64,000 bases of DNA from Octopus vulgaris (GCA_951406725.2 OX597817.1:87296001-87360000); one strand, 5' to 3'; positions 1 to 12,559 are shown, numbered from the stretch's first letter. The notes: generated by a model not told the origin, from the sequence alone. Translations and numbers: made by a program.

Positions 1-319
1 ACAATGGCGCACACAAAAAATTTCGTTCTATAGCATGTTTATACTTCAATTGTTATTAGTGTTGATGATTTTGTAGTTGTTAAATCAGATTTGCTCAGGA
101 AATTTTCTGAACAACGACGTTCCATACCATATTTCAGTATGTCTACAACTACATTTTCATATGTAACCTTCCCTTTTAAGGCAAAAACGTGGCGCGATTA
201 TTCCAACGTCTCTGTCTTTCACAAACCCAGTGACTCCACAAAACTGAGGCTGAAACAAGAAATACTGGTGAGGAGAAACAATAGAAATTGCAAAATCTTT
301 ATCTTTTATCTGTTAATTA

Positions 320-1198
320 TTTCAGTCATTGGACTGTGGCCATGCTGGAGCACAGCTTGGATGTACTTAGTCGAACAAATCGACCGAAGTACTTATTTTT
401 AAAGTTTGGTAGATGTTCTATGAAGCCCCATGTAAAAAAGAAATTAGAACACGGCTAGGCATGGCAAGAACGCCCATATATAAGCTTAATAACATCGGGA
501 GCAGCAAAAGTGTCCTAAGTTTAAAAAAAGGGCTAGTGTGATCGCTCATTTGGCCAATAGGCATTTATGGCTGCGAAGCATGGACTCTGGGCACATTTGA
601 AGAGAATATAATCAATACGTTTGAAATGTGGCTATATAGGAGAAGGTTACGAGTCTCTTATAAGGACCAACTGTGTTACAACAAGTAGGTGAAAGACAAC
701 TCCTGAGCATTGTGAAAAAACAGAAGGTCATCTATTATGGCTATATTCGAAAGAGCAGAGGTAAAAAATAATCATGGAAAGAATAGTGGAAGGTAATAGT
801 TCAAGGGGCAGGCAAAGAATGCAATGGATGGTCAATATCACTTGCTGGTCAGAAAAGTGTGGCAAGGCAGTTGGAAAACTCGCGTAGAATAGGGAAATCT
901 CATTGTAGTGTCATCAATGTGCTACGGTGCATAACAATAACGAGGTGTCCTATCGGTCATTTTGCCGAACCGCTAAGTTTCGAGGATTTACACGAAACCA
1001 GCAACGGTTGTGAAGCTGTGAGGGACAAATAAAGGCACACACATATGCAACGTGATCCCCCGCTGTTTTCGTCTACCACATTCACTAACAAGGTATTGGT
1101 TGGCCCACGATTATTGTAAAAGACGGACACTCAAGGTACTCACGCAGTGGAACTGAAGTCGAAATTATGAGCCAGCTTCTTAATCACACAAACATGCC
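320..1198 (-). mobile_element. CORE-type tRNA-derived SINE (octopus OR2-like), split by an RTE insertion
   Basis: 320-410 (tttcagtcattggactgtggccatgctggagcac) and 945-1198 (tttgccgaaccgctaagt...cgtctacc...cgcagtggaactgaa) match other copies at 10750, 22780, 42735 and 49715; family name is from recall. Confidence 0.7.
422..942 (+). mobile_element. Decayed RTE-clade LINE 3' fragment
   Basis: Hand translation gives RTRLGMART, IYGCEAWTL, NTFEMWLYRRRLRVSY and IVEGNSSRGRQRMQWM; short AAC/AAT tail; degenerate TSD agatgttctat/aggtgtcctat. Confidence 0.8.
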
Positions 1199-1219
1199 CC
1201 AATGCGAAAAACTAAATTA

Positions 1220-1955
1220 AATATGGTGTTACAGATTGTCATGCTAAAATGATGTAAAGAATAGTTCCTGCGTAAAAAGTTGACAGGGTGGAATTAAGCA
1301 AAGAAAAATTAGCAGTACTGGTTGAGAAACGCTGTATTTAATCATGAGACTAAGGGTCCTTGATTTTGACACATCAAAGACTTCTCACCAGAAATCGCCA
1401 AAATCATATACTGAAGCCGAATAAATTAAGTAGCTGTTGAATTAAGATAGGTTGGGTATAAACGATTAATCACATTATATCTAGTTGTCTGATCATAACC
1501 ATGATAGAGTATATTTATTGATATGACAGAGCTAGGCCTATTGTATTCTGGAAGTACTGCCAACTTTATGAAAGAACAAAGGAGATGAAATAGATATATA
1601 CCTGACAAGAACTCAGAAAATGAAAAAGCGACTACATTCTGGGATAATCTCATTGTATTGGACAGTATCTAGCTGTCCGATTTTAGCGAAGAGAACATAC
1701 TTATTTGTATGAAACATCTAGGTCTTTTGTACCATGGAAATACCGCCAACGTCACAAAAGAACAAAACAAAAAAGGTGCAATAAATATATACCTGAAAAG
1801 AATTCAGAGAATGAAAAAACGACCATACTCTGAGATATTCCAGTCGGCGCAAAGACAGGAATATCAGGGTTAAAACCTCTGGATATTCTTGTCAACGAGC
1901 AACTGGAAATGTTGTGCCTGCTAATCGAAGAGTCAGTCTCCACAGGCAATAACGG
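1220..1955 (+). mobile_element. Highly decayed R4/Dong-like LINE C-terminal fragment with internal duplication
   Basis: QYWLRN, QRLLTRNRQNHILK, TINHIISSC, YIPEKNSENEKTTIL*DIPV and LCLLIEESVS align with the C-terminus of ORF 55072-57501. Confidence 0.65.
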
Positions 1956-1974
1956 TTTCTTATTTAGGCATAAG

Positions 1975-2192
1975 GCAAGGAAGCGAGCTGGAAGAATCGT
2001 TAGCACTCCGAGTAAAATGCTTAGCGGCATTTCGTAAGTCTATACGTTCTGTGTTCAAATTCTACTGAGGTCAGATTTGCTTTTCACCTCTCTCGGGGTC
2101 AATAAAATAAGTACCAGTTGAGCACTGGAGTCGGTGTAATCAGCTTACCCACTTCCTGAAATTACTGGCCTTGTGTCACAATTTGAAACCAA
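1975..2192 (+). mobile_element. tRNA-derived SINE (Nin/Deu-like central domain family)
   Basis: gagctggaagaatcgttagcac head, gttcaaattc B-box-like motif, cggggtcaataaaataagtaccag core; many copies in this window. Confidence 0.85.
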
Positions 2193-2199
2193 TTTAAGT

Positions 2200-2387
2200 A
2201 TAAGGCTAGTAGTTTCAAAGCTAGGGGATGAGTTTATACTAATCGTAAGAGGTAATTTATATTATAACCACCGAAAGATTGAAAAGCTAAGTTGACTTGG
2301 GTAAGAATTGAACTCAGAAACTAAAAAGTCAGAATAAACATCACAAAAGATATTATCCGAAGCCTTAACGATTCTGCCAGCTCACTA
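2200..2387 (-). mobile_element. Degenerate SINE, same family
   Basis: gaattgaactcagaa...taacgattctgccagctcac, the reverse complement of the family head. Confidence 0.65.
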
Positions 2388-2454
2388 CACACAAATGGAG
2401 AAACTAATAAAATTATCAAGATCTTACGCCAAGATAACTGAAATCAAGAATGAC

Positions 2455-2624
2455 AGTAAGTTGATTACATCGACCCCACGGCTCAACTAGTACATATTTC
2501 ATCGACCTCGAGAGGATGAAAGGCAAAGTCGACCTCGGGGAAATTTGTGCTCAGAACCCAAAGACGGGCGAAATGCCGCTAAGCGTTTTGCCCGGCGGCT
2601 AACAATTCTGCAGTTGACCGCCTT
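2455..2624 (-). mobile_element. SINE, same family
   Basis: gattacatcgacccc...ggatgaaaggcaaagtcgacctcgg...ccgcctt. Confidence 0.85.
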
Positions 2625-2666
2625 AATAATAATAATGATAACAACAACAACAACAACAACAACAAC

Positions 2667-2732
<66 letters not shown>
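2625..2732. repeat. (AAT)n/(AAC)n microsatellite
   Basis: Direct inspection. Confidence 0.95.
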
Positions 2733-2733
<1 letters not shown>

Positions 2734-2737
2734 GTAG

Positions 2738-3143
2738 GATCATTCTTGCCACATTATCATGTCGTCTTTTGTAATCGCGTTGTGCCAATTTCGGGCATTC
2801 GCTAACGATGTGCCCCATACCGTTTCACCCCTCTCACTACACATTCTACATTTGTCGCTCTCGATAGTATTGTCGATTCTGCACTTCACATAGTTAGTCC
2901 TTAACGCTTGCTCTTGAGACGTGCATATGAGTACTTCTGCTACTATCTTCAAGCCATTCCTCCTCATCCATAGCCACCGGTCTTCTGAATCTGTCTGAAG
3001 ACCCGTGGAAATGGATGAGGAGTGACCTGAAGATAGAAACAGAAGCACTTATATGCGCAGCACAACAACAAATATTAAGGACTAACTATTTGAAGTGCAG
3101 AATCGACAACACAACCGAGAGCGACAAACGCAGAATGTGTGGT
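2738..3143. mobile_element. Two R4/Dong-like zinc-finger-region fragments in divergent inverted orientation
   Basis: Minus: WLWMRRNGLK..QEQALRTNYVKCRID..KCRMC..HIVSECPKLAQRDYKRRHDNVA. Plus from 3006: WKWMRSDLKIETEALICAAQQQILRTNYLKCRID. Confidence 0.85.
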
Positions 3144-3144
3144 A

Positions 3145-3850
3145 AGAATACTTCCCTGCTTCTAGCTTTCGTTTCTGTCCGTTGATCTTGTCTGCCATTG
3201 TAAAACCCGAAACTATCATTTCCTGCATGGAGGTGTTGAGATCATTAAAGATGGTAAAGATATCAGCCAAATAAGCCAGCTTGACTAACCAATCCACATC
3301 TCCGAAAAACTGTGAGCAATTTGTTTTTTTGTCCTGAAGAAATTCGGCAAGCTTGATTCGTAGCTCAAACACTCTTAACAGGGCTTTCCCCATCGATAAC
3401 CAACGTACACCGGCATGCAATAGGTGCTACATATGATTACTACTTTGTAAGAAGCCCGCAAGCACAATTATCTATGTGTGACATTTCAAAGATCTATTTC
3501 TGACGGCCTTTTAAATCACGATGCTTTCTTTCAAAGAACCCTTTCGGCTTTGAATCCATTTCATTATGTTTTGTATTTAAATATCTCTTGAGATTTGATG
3601 GTTTCATTGAGTCGTTAGCCAAGACATCTCCACAAATAACACTACGGTTTTTGCACTCCCCCATCATTCGCGGCTACAAAAGTGAATTAAGTGTATGAGG
3701 AGTCATATTTCCGAGTGAAGCTAGTACGAATTCTTTTTGCCGGCAATACATCTATTTCATTTACAGCGCTGTCATCTGATTCAAAATGTCGTTCAGCAAC
3801 CGGAGGACTTGGCTTGATAAATATGTCCCTTGGGCCTCGCTTCGCTATTT
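3145..3850 (-). mobile_element. Internally deleted hAT (Buster/Charlie-like) transposase remnant
   Basis: ORF 3082-3420 has VRWLSMGKALLRVFEL and WLVKLAYLADIF; about 3520-3720 encodes a BED finger remnant RKYDSSY...ICGDVLANDSMKPSNLKRYLNTKH. Confidence 0.85.
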
Positions 3851-4429
3851 GGAAATTAGGGATAAAAATAATTAATATTGTCGCAAATATTCGAGTGTTT
3901 TTATTATTTCATTTTATTTAGTTAAGGTAATTAGTTTTTCTTTAATGCTTTTAATGGAAGAAAATATTTTCCATGCGTAACAATTATAATTGTATTTTTC
4001 CTTCTTTTTTTTGTGTTTGTTAAAAAGAAAATTATTATTCTGGTATAATCTCTGGAATTTGGTGAACGCGTTGTTCTTAAATTGTATTTAAAAATTGAAG
4101 GTTAATATTTTTTTAATGTAATGATAATAAAAAAGCCATTTGCTTATTATTAAAGGGCCACAGTCACAGTACACACACTATTACACGTACAATAACAATA
4201 CACTTTTTCTAGTTGATTTTTTATCAGCCACGGAACCAGTAGGTAAGGAATTTAGTTAATTAAGATTTTTTGTTTTCATAATTTTAGTTAAAATTTATTA
4301 TTATATTACAAACAGGATAAAAATAGGAAAGTTTAGATTATTCGTGGAGAGAGTTATAGTTATCTTAACGTTTTACAACAAGGCCAAATGATGATTATAA
4401 AGCTGAAAGAATAGGTTTCTTGTGAATGT

Positions 4430-5670
4430 GCCAAAAGAGTGAAAAAGCCAAGAATATCCAAGTTAAATGGTGGGAACCCGATCAGAAGTATAAAACCTTG
4501 GACTGTAGGGATGGTACGCTACGGCGTGCGAGTTGTGGAATGGACAGAAAAGGAACTGGTTAGCATGAGCAGAAAACCTAGGAAGATAACGGCCATGCAC
4601 GGGTGCCTTCATACTAGATGTAACATAACAAGGCTTTACTTATTAAGAAAGGAAGGTGAAAAGGATTACTTAAAATAGAGGATGGTATTATGAAGGAGAT
4701 CAAGTCCTCGCATGCCTGTCTGAGAGAGCGAGAGCGAGAGAGAGAGCGAGAGAGAGAGAGAGCGAGAGAGAGAGAGAGCGAGAGAGAGAGAGAGAGAGAG
4801 AAATGAAAGAATGTTGCAGACAACACTGAATGAGAAGACGATCAGTAACAATGGTGAGATCCTCCAAAATTACAAAATGATAATTAATAAAAAAAAAAAG
4901 AAGCTCATCAACTGGAACGAGTAGCAAACATCGGCTGAAGCTGATGGAGGTGGTTAAGACATGGATTTTTAAGAAAGGAGACAGAAGGATTGAACCTCGT
5001 GGCTGAGAAACAAGTTTCGGGAATCAATTCAATCAAGTGAAGCATTGATAATATAGCTGCATTACTTTTGTGTATATTATGTGAAAAATCATCTGAGATA
5101 GACATATTAGTGGATGATCAAAACTGGACCTAAATGATTGCAAACCGCAATGACAAAGTGGCATTACAAATACAGTTATGCAGATATTATCGGCTAGAAT
5201 ATCCTAACAAGTGGCATGGCCACCAACTTTTGCCAGCTGCAGATAATGATCTGATGAAATTCACGAGGGATGTGTCAATCAATACAGATGAAAAGCTGCA
5301 ACATAACCGACCAGATATTACTCTCCTACGGAAGAGTTCAGAGTATGGACCTTTATAAAAGTAGCTGTATCTCCAAAACGAGAATATTGTGAAGACAGAG
5401 AATGAGAAAGTTGACAAATACCAAGACCTAGTATTGGAAGTGAAACACTGTCATAGAGCCTCAAAAGGGATATCTATCGTGATCGGTGTACTTGAGACCA
5501 TCACAAAGAAAACAAAATTCTGACATGAAAAGCTGAAAATAATAATCTACATAGCAGGTACATAGTTGACAACAATTCTCAGGACAGCACATATTTTGAG
5601 GAATGTGTTGCGTCTCTAAGATGCAGGAAGTAACTGAGCCATAATGTAGATAACCCTGGAAAAGAAATAA
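4430..5670 (+). mobile_element. Decayed R4/Dong-like LINE 3' part, interrupted by (GA)n at 4722-4801
   Basis: SKLNGGN..RYG..EWT..RLYLLRKEG; WLRHGFLRKETEG; HNRPDI; EKVDKYQDL; TAHILRNVLRL* ending about 5619. Confidence 0.85.
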
Positions 5671-5699
5671 TGAAGCTAATATTGCTAATTTTTAATAAT

Positions 5700-5800
5700 T
5701 TTAGCAATTTTGAGGGATGGGTAGTCGATTACATCAACCCCAATGTTCAATTGGTAGTTATTTTATCGACCTCGGAGAGATGAGAGCTTGGACTCGGCTC
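5700..5800 (-). mobile_element. SINE fragment (Nin/Deu-like family)
   Basis: gtcgattacatcaacccc...ttattttatcgacc. Confidence 0.65.
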
Positions 5801-5899
5801 TGCAGGATATAAAACAGAAAGTACCCAAGTAAAAAAAAAAAAAGAACAAGAACAACATTTGTTTTATTAGCTGCAAATGCTCGGAGATTCAAAGGATAC

Positions 5900-7420
5900 G
5901 GAAATTTATCTGTTTCAGAGAAAGAAAAAGAAATAAGAAAAACAATGAGTGTGGGAAAATTACGTCTATGGGAGGGTCTGAGAAACGTCATACAATATAT
6001 GGAAGGGTGTATAAAGAATTTAGTTGTATAAGGACATTGGGAGCAGTGATGAAACTGTTATACAATAATTTGATTGAATTAAAATTTATAAGACATATAT
6101 TTATGCAGAAATACACAAATCGTATAAAAACATACATAATAATTAACAGACTGTGTTTCCTTCTAGTATTGTATATGGTTGGAGATTCCAAGCTCTTTCG
6201 TGTGGATCACTTGTGTTATACTGGGCGACTGATGAGTCGCATCTTCTCTATCGTTGAAATATAACATCTCGTACAGTCGGTTATCCGAAGTTTATAGTTT
6301 CATTCTGTCCTTTAAATGTTGTTTTAAATGCGATCCCATTTTTTTCTGGACCCCCAAATTCATCAGGATATTCTTTGTGTATATGAGCACGAAAAATAAA
6401 ACGATTAAAAGAACAAATAAAAAAAGAACAAAAATGTGTATACTGTATATGCATATTATTAGAGGTTTGTTTATCGTGTGAATGACAGTGAATTTCATTT
6501 CGTTCCGAGTGAGAGCTGATTCCATCTGATAGGACATTGGTTTCGCTTCATAGCATATGGATTCTTCCTCAGCGGAGGAGTTTTTTCTTTGCTGAAAAAC
6601 TCGCATTCTAATAGCATATTTTATTATTACTTTGGATTCTTTTCCAATTTCTTGAAGAATCCATAACTCTTGGCCACTGCCTGGTGACCATTCTCATAAA
6701 TGGATCGGTTGGGACTACTATGGCGTTATAATTCCTGGTCGTTTACTACCAGGAATTGTTGTTGTGAAGGGTTCGCCTTGTTTTTCTCTATCTGGGCTGG
6801 GAGAGGAAGATTTTGATTGTCATGACTCGCTCCTGGTAATGAGGAAGATACAATTTCACTTACTGATTAACGAGCTGCATCTGGTGTTATTCTAGGCCTG
6901 ACAATTTTCATGACTGACAATGTTTCATGGCTTTTTGTTATTGCTTTTGATCTTTTAGGCTTTCTGTGCAGGAAGCCTTAAAAATGTGTTTGTATCATAT
7001 GTATAACTGAGCCGTCTACCTTGATGATGAAAGGTCTTCCTTCTAAGATACTCTAAGAAACACAGTTCTGTTACAATTTTGTAGTTTTGCTGGGTTATCA
7101 GGATCTCTATATCCATAGTCATCCCTCACGACTACGTATCTCCAATGTTACATTTGCACTGAATACCTACATATATCGATATCATCACCGGGGTCCCTGT
7201 CGATGACCCTTGTGTTTCTCCTTCCCAAGTACTGCAGAACCATTTAATAGGTGTGTAACGTACTAGTTGAACTTGTGCATTTACCCTATCATCTGTTTTA
7301 AAGCTAACACGTGTGCTACATGTGCTTCTTTTTCCAGTCAAAGATATCTCATTTGAACTAGCCATCAGGCTGCCTTTATTTTCTTTGAATGAGATAATTT
7401 AGATTGTAGTGTTCTAGGCA
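5900..7420 (-). mobile_element. Decayed non-LTR ORF1 (gag-like) remnant, distantly related to 60680-62102
   Basis: IISFKENKG, STRVSFKT, QYLGRRNTRVI, LEGRPFII and a decayed knuckle-like HFKASC parallel motifs in the 60.8-61.6 kb ORF1; boundaries uncertain. Confidence 0.4.
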
Positions 7421-7429
7421 AAACAAAGA

Positions 7430-7690
7430 TATATTACTTTTTCCATCAGGGGCTTCTATAATTGACAGTGGCAGACTGGTATGCTGCCAAACTTACGTTT
7501 GTGGTGGTGGTTGGTACCTTTGGAACAACACCCAGACAACTGCCAAAGAAACTCATGGAACTGAAACACACACTGCCTACCTGCAGAAAAGAGCAATTTT
7601 GTTTTCTGCAAGGATCCTAAGAATGCTTCTCGAGATCTGAGGAAACTCTTCCCCAAACCTCAGGATATCATCTTTGATAATTGAATTAGT
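7430..7690 (+). mobile_element. R4/Dong-like LINE extreme 3' fragment
   Basis: VVVGTFGTTPRQLPKKL...YLQKRAILFSARILRMLLEI*. Confidence 0.65.
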
Positions 7691-7719
7691 ATGAAGCTGC
7701 ATCAGTATAACTCTTTCCG

Positions 7720-7900
7720 ATGTAGGTACAAGGCAAACAATTTGGTATTTGTGGATACCACCGTCCCCTGTACTTGACTGTCACTTTACTTTATCGAATC
7801 CGGAAGGATGAAATGTAAACTTTACATCGATGGGATTTGAACTCAGAATATGAGGAGCTGGAAGAAATATCGCAAAGCATTTTGTAGAGGTTATCATGAT
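7720..7900 (-). mobile_element. Degenerate SINE (Nin/Deu-like family)
   Basis: tactttatcgaatccggaaggatgaaa...atttgaactcagaat. Confidence 0.65.
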
Positions 7901-8159
7901 AATGGTGGTCCTCATTGCAAATCTGTCAGTATTTGCGACAGCAGCAGTCACAATGTAAAGGTATCCCTGTGGAAATAAATACAGGAGATGTTACTATTAA
8001 GATATTCACACGTTTGAAAGTATAAAAATAAAACAGAAATGTACTAATGCTAACAGAATGAAATAGAATCAATCTTCAGTTATTTGAACAACAGAAATAT
8101 CGCCGCATATCTTTGAAATGCAATTTATATCATTATTGTTTGTACATTCGCACATGCGT

Positions 8160-8493
8160 AAATATATACATATATATGTGTATATGTGTGTGTAATCTAT
8201 CTATATATATATATATGTGTGTGTGTATACGTACACACACACGCGCACACACATACATACACATATATATATTCTTGGCATATATACTCGTGTGTGCACA
8301 TCTTGATATACCATAAATATTCATATGCATAATATACATATAAACAAAATCATATAAATACTCACACATATACAATTTCAAATATACATATATACACACA
8401 CATGGATATCAATATCTATTAATCTATATGCTTGTGTTTGTATGTATTATATATCTACATCTATTTATCTATCTATCAATCTATCAATCTATC

Positions 8494-8526
<33 letters not shown>

Positions 8527-8589
8527 TTATGTGTATATATATATAGATTTATATGCATGTATATATGTATATATATCAATCTATATCTA

Positions 8590-8638
<49 letters not shown>

Positions 8639-8691
8639 TTATGTGTATATATATATAGATTTATATGCATGTATATATGTATACATATGTG

Positions 8692-8724
<33 letters not shown>

Positions 8725-8775
8725 TGTACATCGATATGTATATTTACATATATCATATATTTATGTATATATGTA
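8160..8775. repeat. Compound (TA)/(TG)/(ATCT) microsatellite block
   Basis: Direct inspection. Confidence 0.9.
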
Positions 8776-9233
8776 TGATCTTCCTCTCCCATTGTGTGTA
8801 GATCATTCGATTCTCTCCTACCCATTCCCCTTTCAAAATAAATTCATAGCTAATCTTTTGTTTACAATTTACATTACCTGTTTACAGGCATTTCATTTTG
8901 CTTCAGTACATACACGATTATCTTGAGTGCATCATGTTTGCCTCTTATTATTTCTCTATTGTTTCCCTACCAAAACGTCTCCACACCATCTGTTCGTATC
9001 AAGTGAATGCTGTACTCCTTTTTGTTAAATCATGTTGTTGTTATTGTTGTAACTGACTTTGTGTTTTGCTTCTTTTTCTTCTTTTTATTATTTTTGTTTG
9101 TTTCGATTAATACTTGCTTTTGTTTTCTATTGATTTACCAATATAGTTGACGATAGATCTATAATTTCGAAGAAACCGCCAATGGTTTGTTTCAACATCG
9201 AAATTCGCTTTTAAATTCGCTGCCATTATACAT

Positions 9234-9256
9234 GCAAACACAAACACACACATACA

Positions 9257-9338
<82 letters not shown>

Positions 9339-9373
9339 CGCGCGTACATATATATATATGTGTGTGTGTGTGT
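9234..9373. repeat. (CA)n followed by (TA)/(TG)
   Basis: Direct inspection. Confidence 0.95.
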
Positions 9374-10749
9374 AGAATGTATATGTGTCAGTGTGCATGT
9401 GTGTGTAAGTCGTGTGTTTATGAATATAAACTTCCCTTCTATTTTCTTCGCTTATTTGCTCATGCGCATTATACGTATTATCGTAGAAAATTACTGTTCA
9501 TATTGGTTCATATCAGGAATACAATGGAACGAAAAGACAAAGCATTGATTTAATACAAATATTTTCGAAGAGCTGATATGGAAAATAAAAGTATTTTACT
9601 TTCTTCTAGAAGTTACTCTAGGGATATTTTGATCTAAAATGTAAACTCCGCTTTTTTATTTTTGTTTTTCCTTCTATACCTGTGTAAGAAATATATCTAG
9701 CTATCTAGTAACACCTTTAAAGTAGTTGTATTAAAACTAAATTAGAATCTCTTCACTAAACCGGCCGATGTTGTAATATATTTTTGCAAAGCATGAATAT
9801 CCTAACAACCCGTTTCCTTTATTCTATGAATATTTTGCCTGTGGCCAGGTTAAGAGTAATAAGTTATATTCATGTTTTATAAGAATTTTACTTCAGTTCT
9901 CAGAATGATTTTCAAGTGCGTTAGCATTGCTTGTTGCAATTATTACTCACTTCGGTATATTCTAAGCGTACATTTAAAAAAAAAATTATTGAAAAGAAAA
10001 ATGGGGGAAAAAAAAGAAAAAAAGCACGCAGTTTTGAACTTTGATATAGAAGTAACAAACCAAAAAATTGTAAAAAATAATTTCCAAGATTTATTTGGTT
10101 ATTTTTATGTTGACAACATTAAAATATTAAAAAGAAAATAATAAATAAATTAAGATTCAACATTCACAACTTGAAATGTCTCAGAGCAAAACTGCCAATA
10201 TAAAGGTGAATTGAGGACAAGAAAAGTAACATAACTAACAGATCTAATGGAAGAACTTTAACAGAAACTTTTTACATTTTAAAACCTACTCAAAATTTAT
10301 TCTTCATATTATTTATATATTTCTTTAGTGGATAGTACAGGTCACCAGTTTGTGTCTTGTATTTTGCACTGTAATGATTACTTAGTAGAAGTATTTAAGT
10401 AACTAAGGTCCAATGTCTATAATTTATTTACTGAAGAACTTTTTAAACAACTAGCTAAACGTCCGCAATTTGTCACCCTCACCGCTCTGCGTTAAGCTTG
10501 GAACTATGATATTTACTTTCACCGAACAAGTTCCCCCAGCTCTAAATAGGCGTAGTTCAGCCGCTCTTTAAAAATTATTTATTGAGACTCCCACCATTTG
10601 CGAAGGAGAAATACCATCACTGTCCAGTTTGTGACCCTTATAAAATGTTATGGATAATGTATTCAATCCTTGCAGAGGGTGTAGATTAAAACCTATAACA
10701 GACTGATGAAATAGCCACATAGCGGTAATTCCAACAAACTAATCTTTTA

Positions 10750-11105
10750 TCTTTCACTGAGGCACTGCCTTGGGGAATTTTTAGTTGAATGAATGGAACC
10801 CCAGTGCTTATTTATAAGTCTGGTACTTTTTCTATCCGTTTCCTTTGACCGGACTGATAAATTATGGGGACATAACTACATCACCGGTTGTCACGCGATA
10901 GTGGGGCACAAACACACAATAACACACACACACACTTATATGTATATGAATGATTTCTTTCAGTTTCTGTCAACCAAATCCACTCGCAAGGCTTTGGCCA
11001 GCCCGAGGCTATATTAAAAGACACTGTTCCACGCAGTGGGACAGAACCTGGAGCCATGTGGTTTGGAAGCAAACTTCTTACCCTCACAGTCACAGCTGCG
11101 CCTGG
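10750..11105 (-). mobile_element. CORE-type SINE, near full length
   Basis: Minus strand reads a tRNA-like head (gctgtgactgtgagggtaagaagtttgcttcc...ggttctgtcccactgcgtgg), then gcctcgggctggccaaagccttgcgagtggatttgg, an internal (TG) tract and the shared tail. Confidence 0.8.
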
Positions 11106-11519
11106 CAAAAATTGTTTTCATTCTCCAATGAAGAGTCAACATTTTTACTGACTTACAGATGACTTCTTAAATGATTACAGAATGACGGTTAATTGAATGA
11201 ACATCCCTGAATACGATAATTCAGTCATTTTTCTTTTACGCTGGGATGCATTTAGTGGAATTATAGGTAGGTCTTAGCCATACAGAGATGCAATACTTCT
11301 CGGTAAATATCGAAAGAAGATCGGCTCCAAGTCCAATAGATTGTGTCTGCTGAAATCGAACATATTTCTTATTTTTAAGTCACTAAAGAATATAATATTT
11401 TGAACCGATAAAGAAAATTATAACAGCGGTGACGGTCCAGCGTTTTAAACTTTTTTGTTCGTTTTCTAATATGAAAGTAACTTTGACTTAAAATCATTAT
11501 GGCAGAGATGACGAAGCAA

Positions 11520-12374
11520 TATTGTTGCTATTTTTGCTGTTTTTGTCATTGTCGCTGCTGTTGTTATTGTTATCGCTGTTATTACTGCTGTTGCTACTAT
11601 TGTCGCTACTATTACCGTAGCTGTTATTGTTGTTGTTACAGAGGCGGCGAGCTGGCAGAAACGTTAGCACGCCGGGCGAAATGCGTAGCCGTAATTTCGT
11701 CTGCCGTTACGTTCTGAGTTCAAATTCTGCCGAGGTCGACTTTGCCTTTCATCCTTTCGGGGTCGATTAAATAAGTACCAGTTACGCACTGGGGTCGATA
11801 TAATCGACTTAATCCGACTTGTCTGTCCTTGTTTGTCCTCTCTGTGTTTAGCCCCTTGTGGGTAGTAAAGAAATAGGTATTTCGTCTGTCGTTACGTTCT
11901 GAGTTGAAATTCCGCCGAGGTCGATTTTGCCTTTCATCCTTTCGGGGTCGATAAATAAAGTACCAGTTTCGCACTGGTACTTTATTTATCGACTTAATCC
12001 CTTTGTCTCTCCTTATTTGTCCCCTCTGTGGGTAGTAAAGAAATATATTGTTGTTGTTACAGCTATTGCTATTGTCGCTACTGCTGTTGTTGATGTTAAT
12101 GATACGGTTATTACTGTTGCTATTGCTGTTCTTGTTATTGATACTGTTATTGTTTTCGCTATTGTTGCTGCAATTGCTGTTACTGTTAATGATGCTGCTA
12201 TTGTTGTTGCTATTGTCGCTGCTATTGCTGTTGTTGTTAATGATGTTGCTAATGATGTTGCTCGTATTATTTTACAAAATGTAAGTCATTATGGTTTCTT
12301 TCAATCACAATGAGCAATAAAAGTTCTGGAAGTGGGGGGGGGGGCTCACAGTTTTAGTTACCACCATGGTCCTT

Positions 12375-12450
<76 letters not shown>

Positions 12451-12490
12451 CAGTAGCAGCAGCAGCAGTAGGGACATCAGCAGCAGCAGC

Positions 12491-12559
<69 letters not shown>

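Noticed and set aside
8113-9553. YI/CV/HT-rich ORFs (also at 21-24, 27, 29-30, 36 and 47-53 kb)
   Set aside because: Translations of dinucleotide and tetranucleotide microsatellites that lack stop codons.
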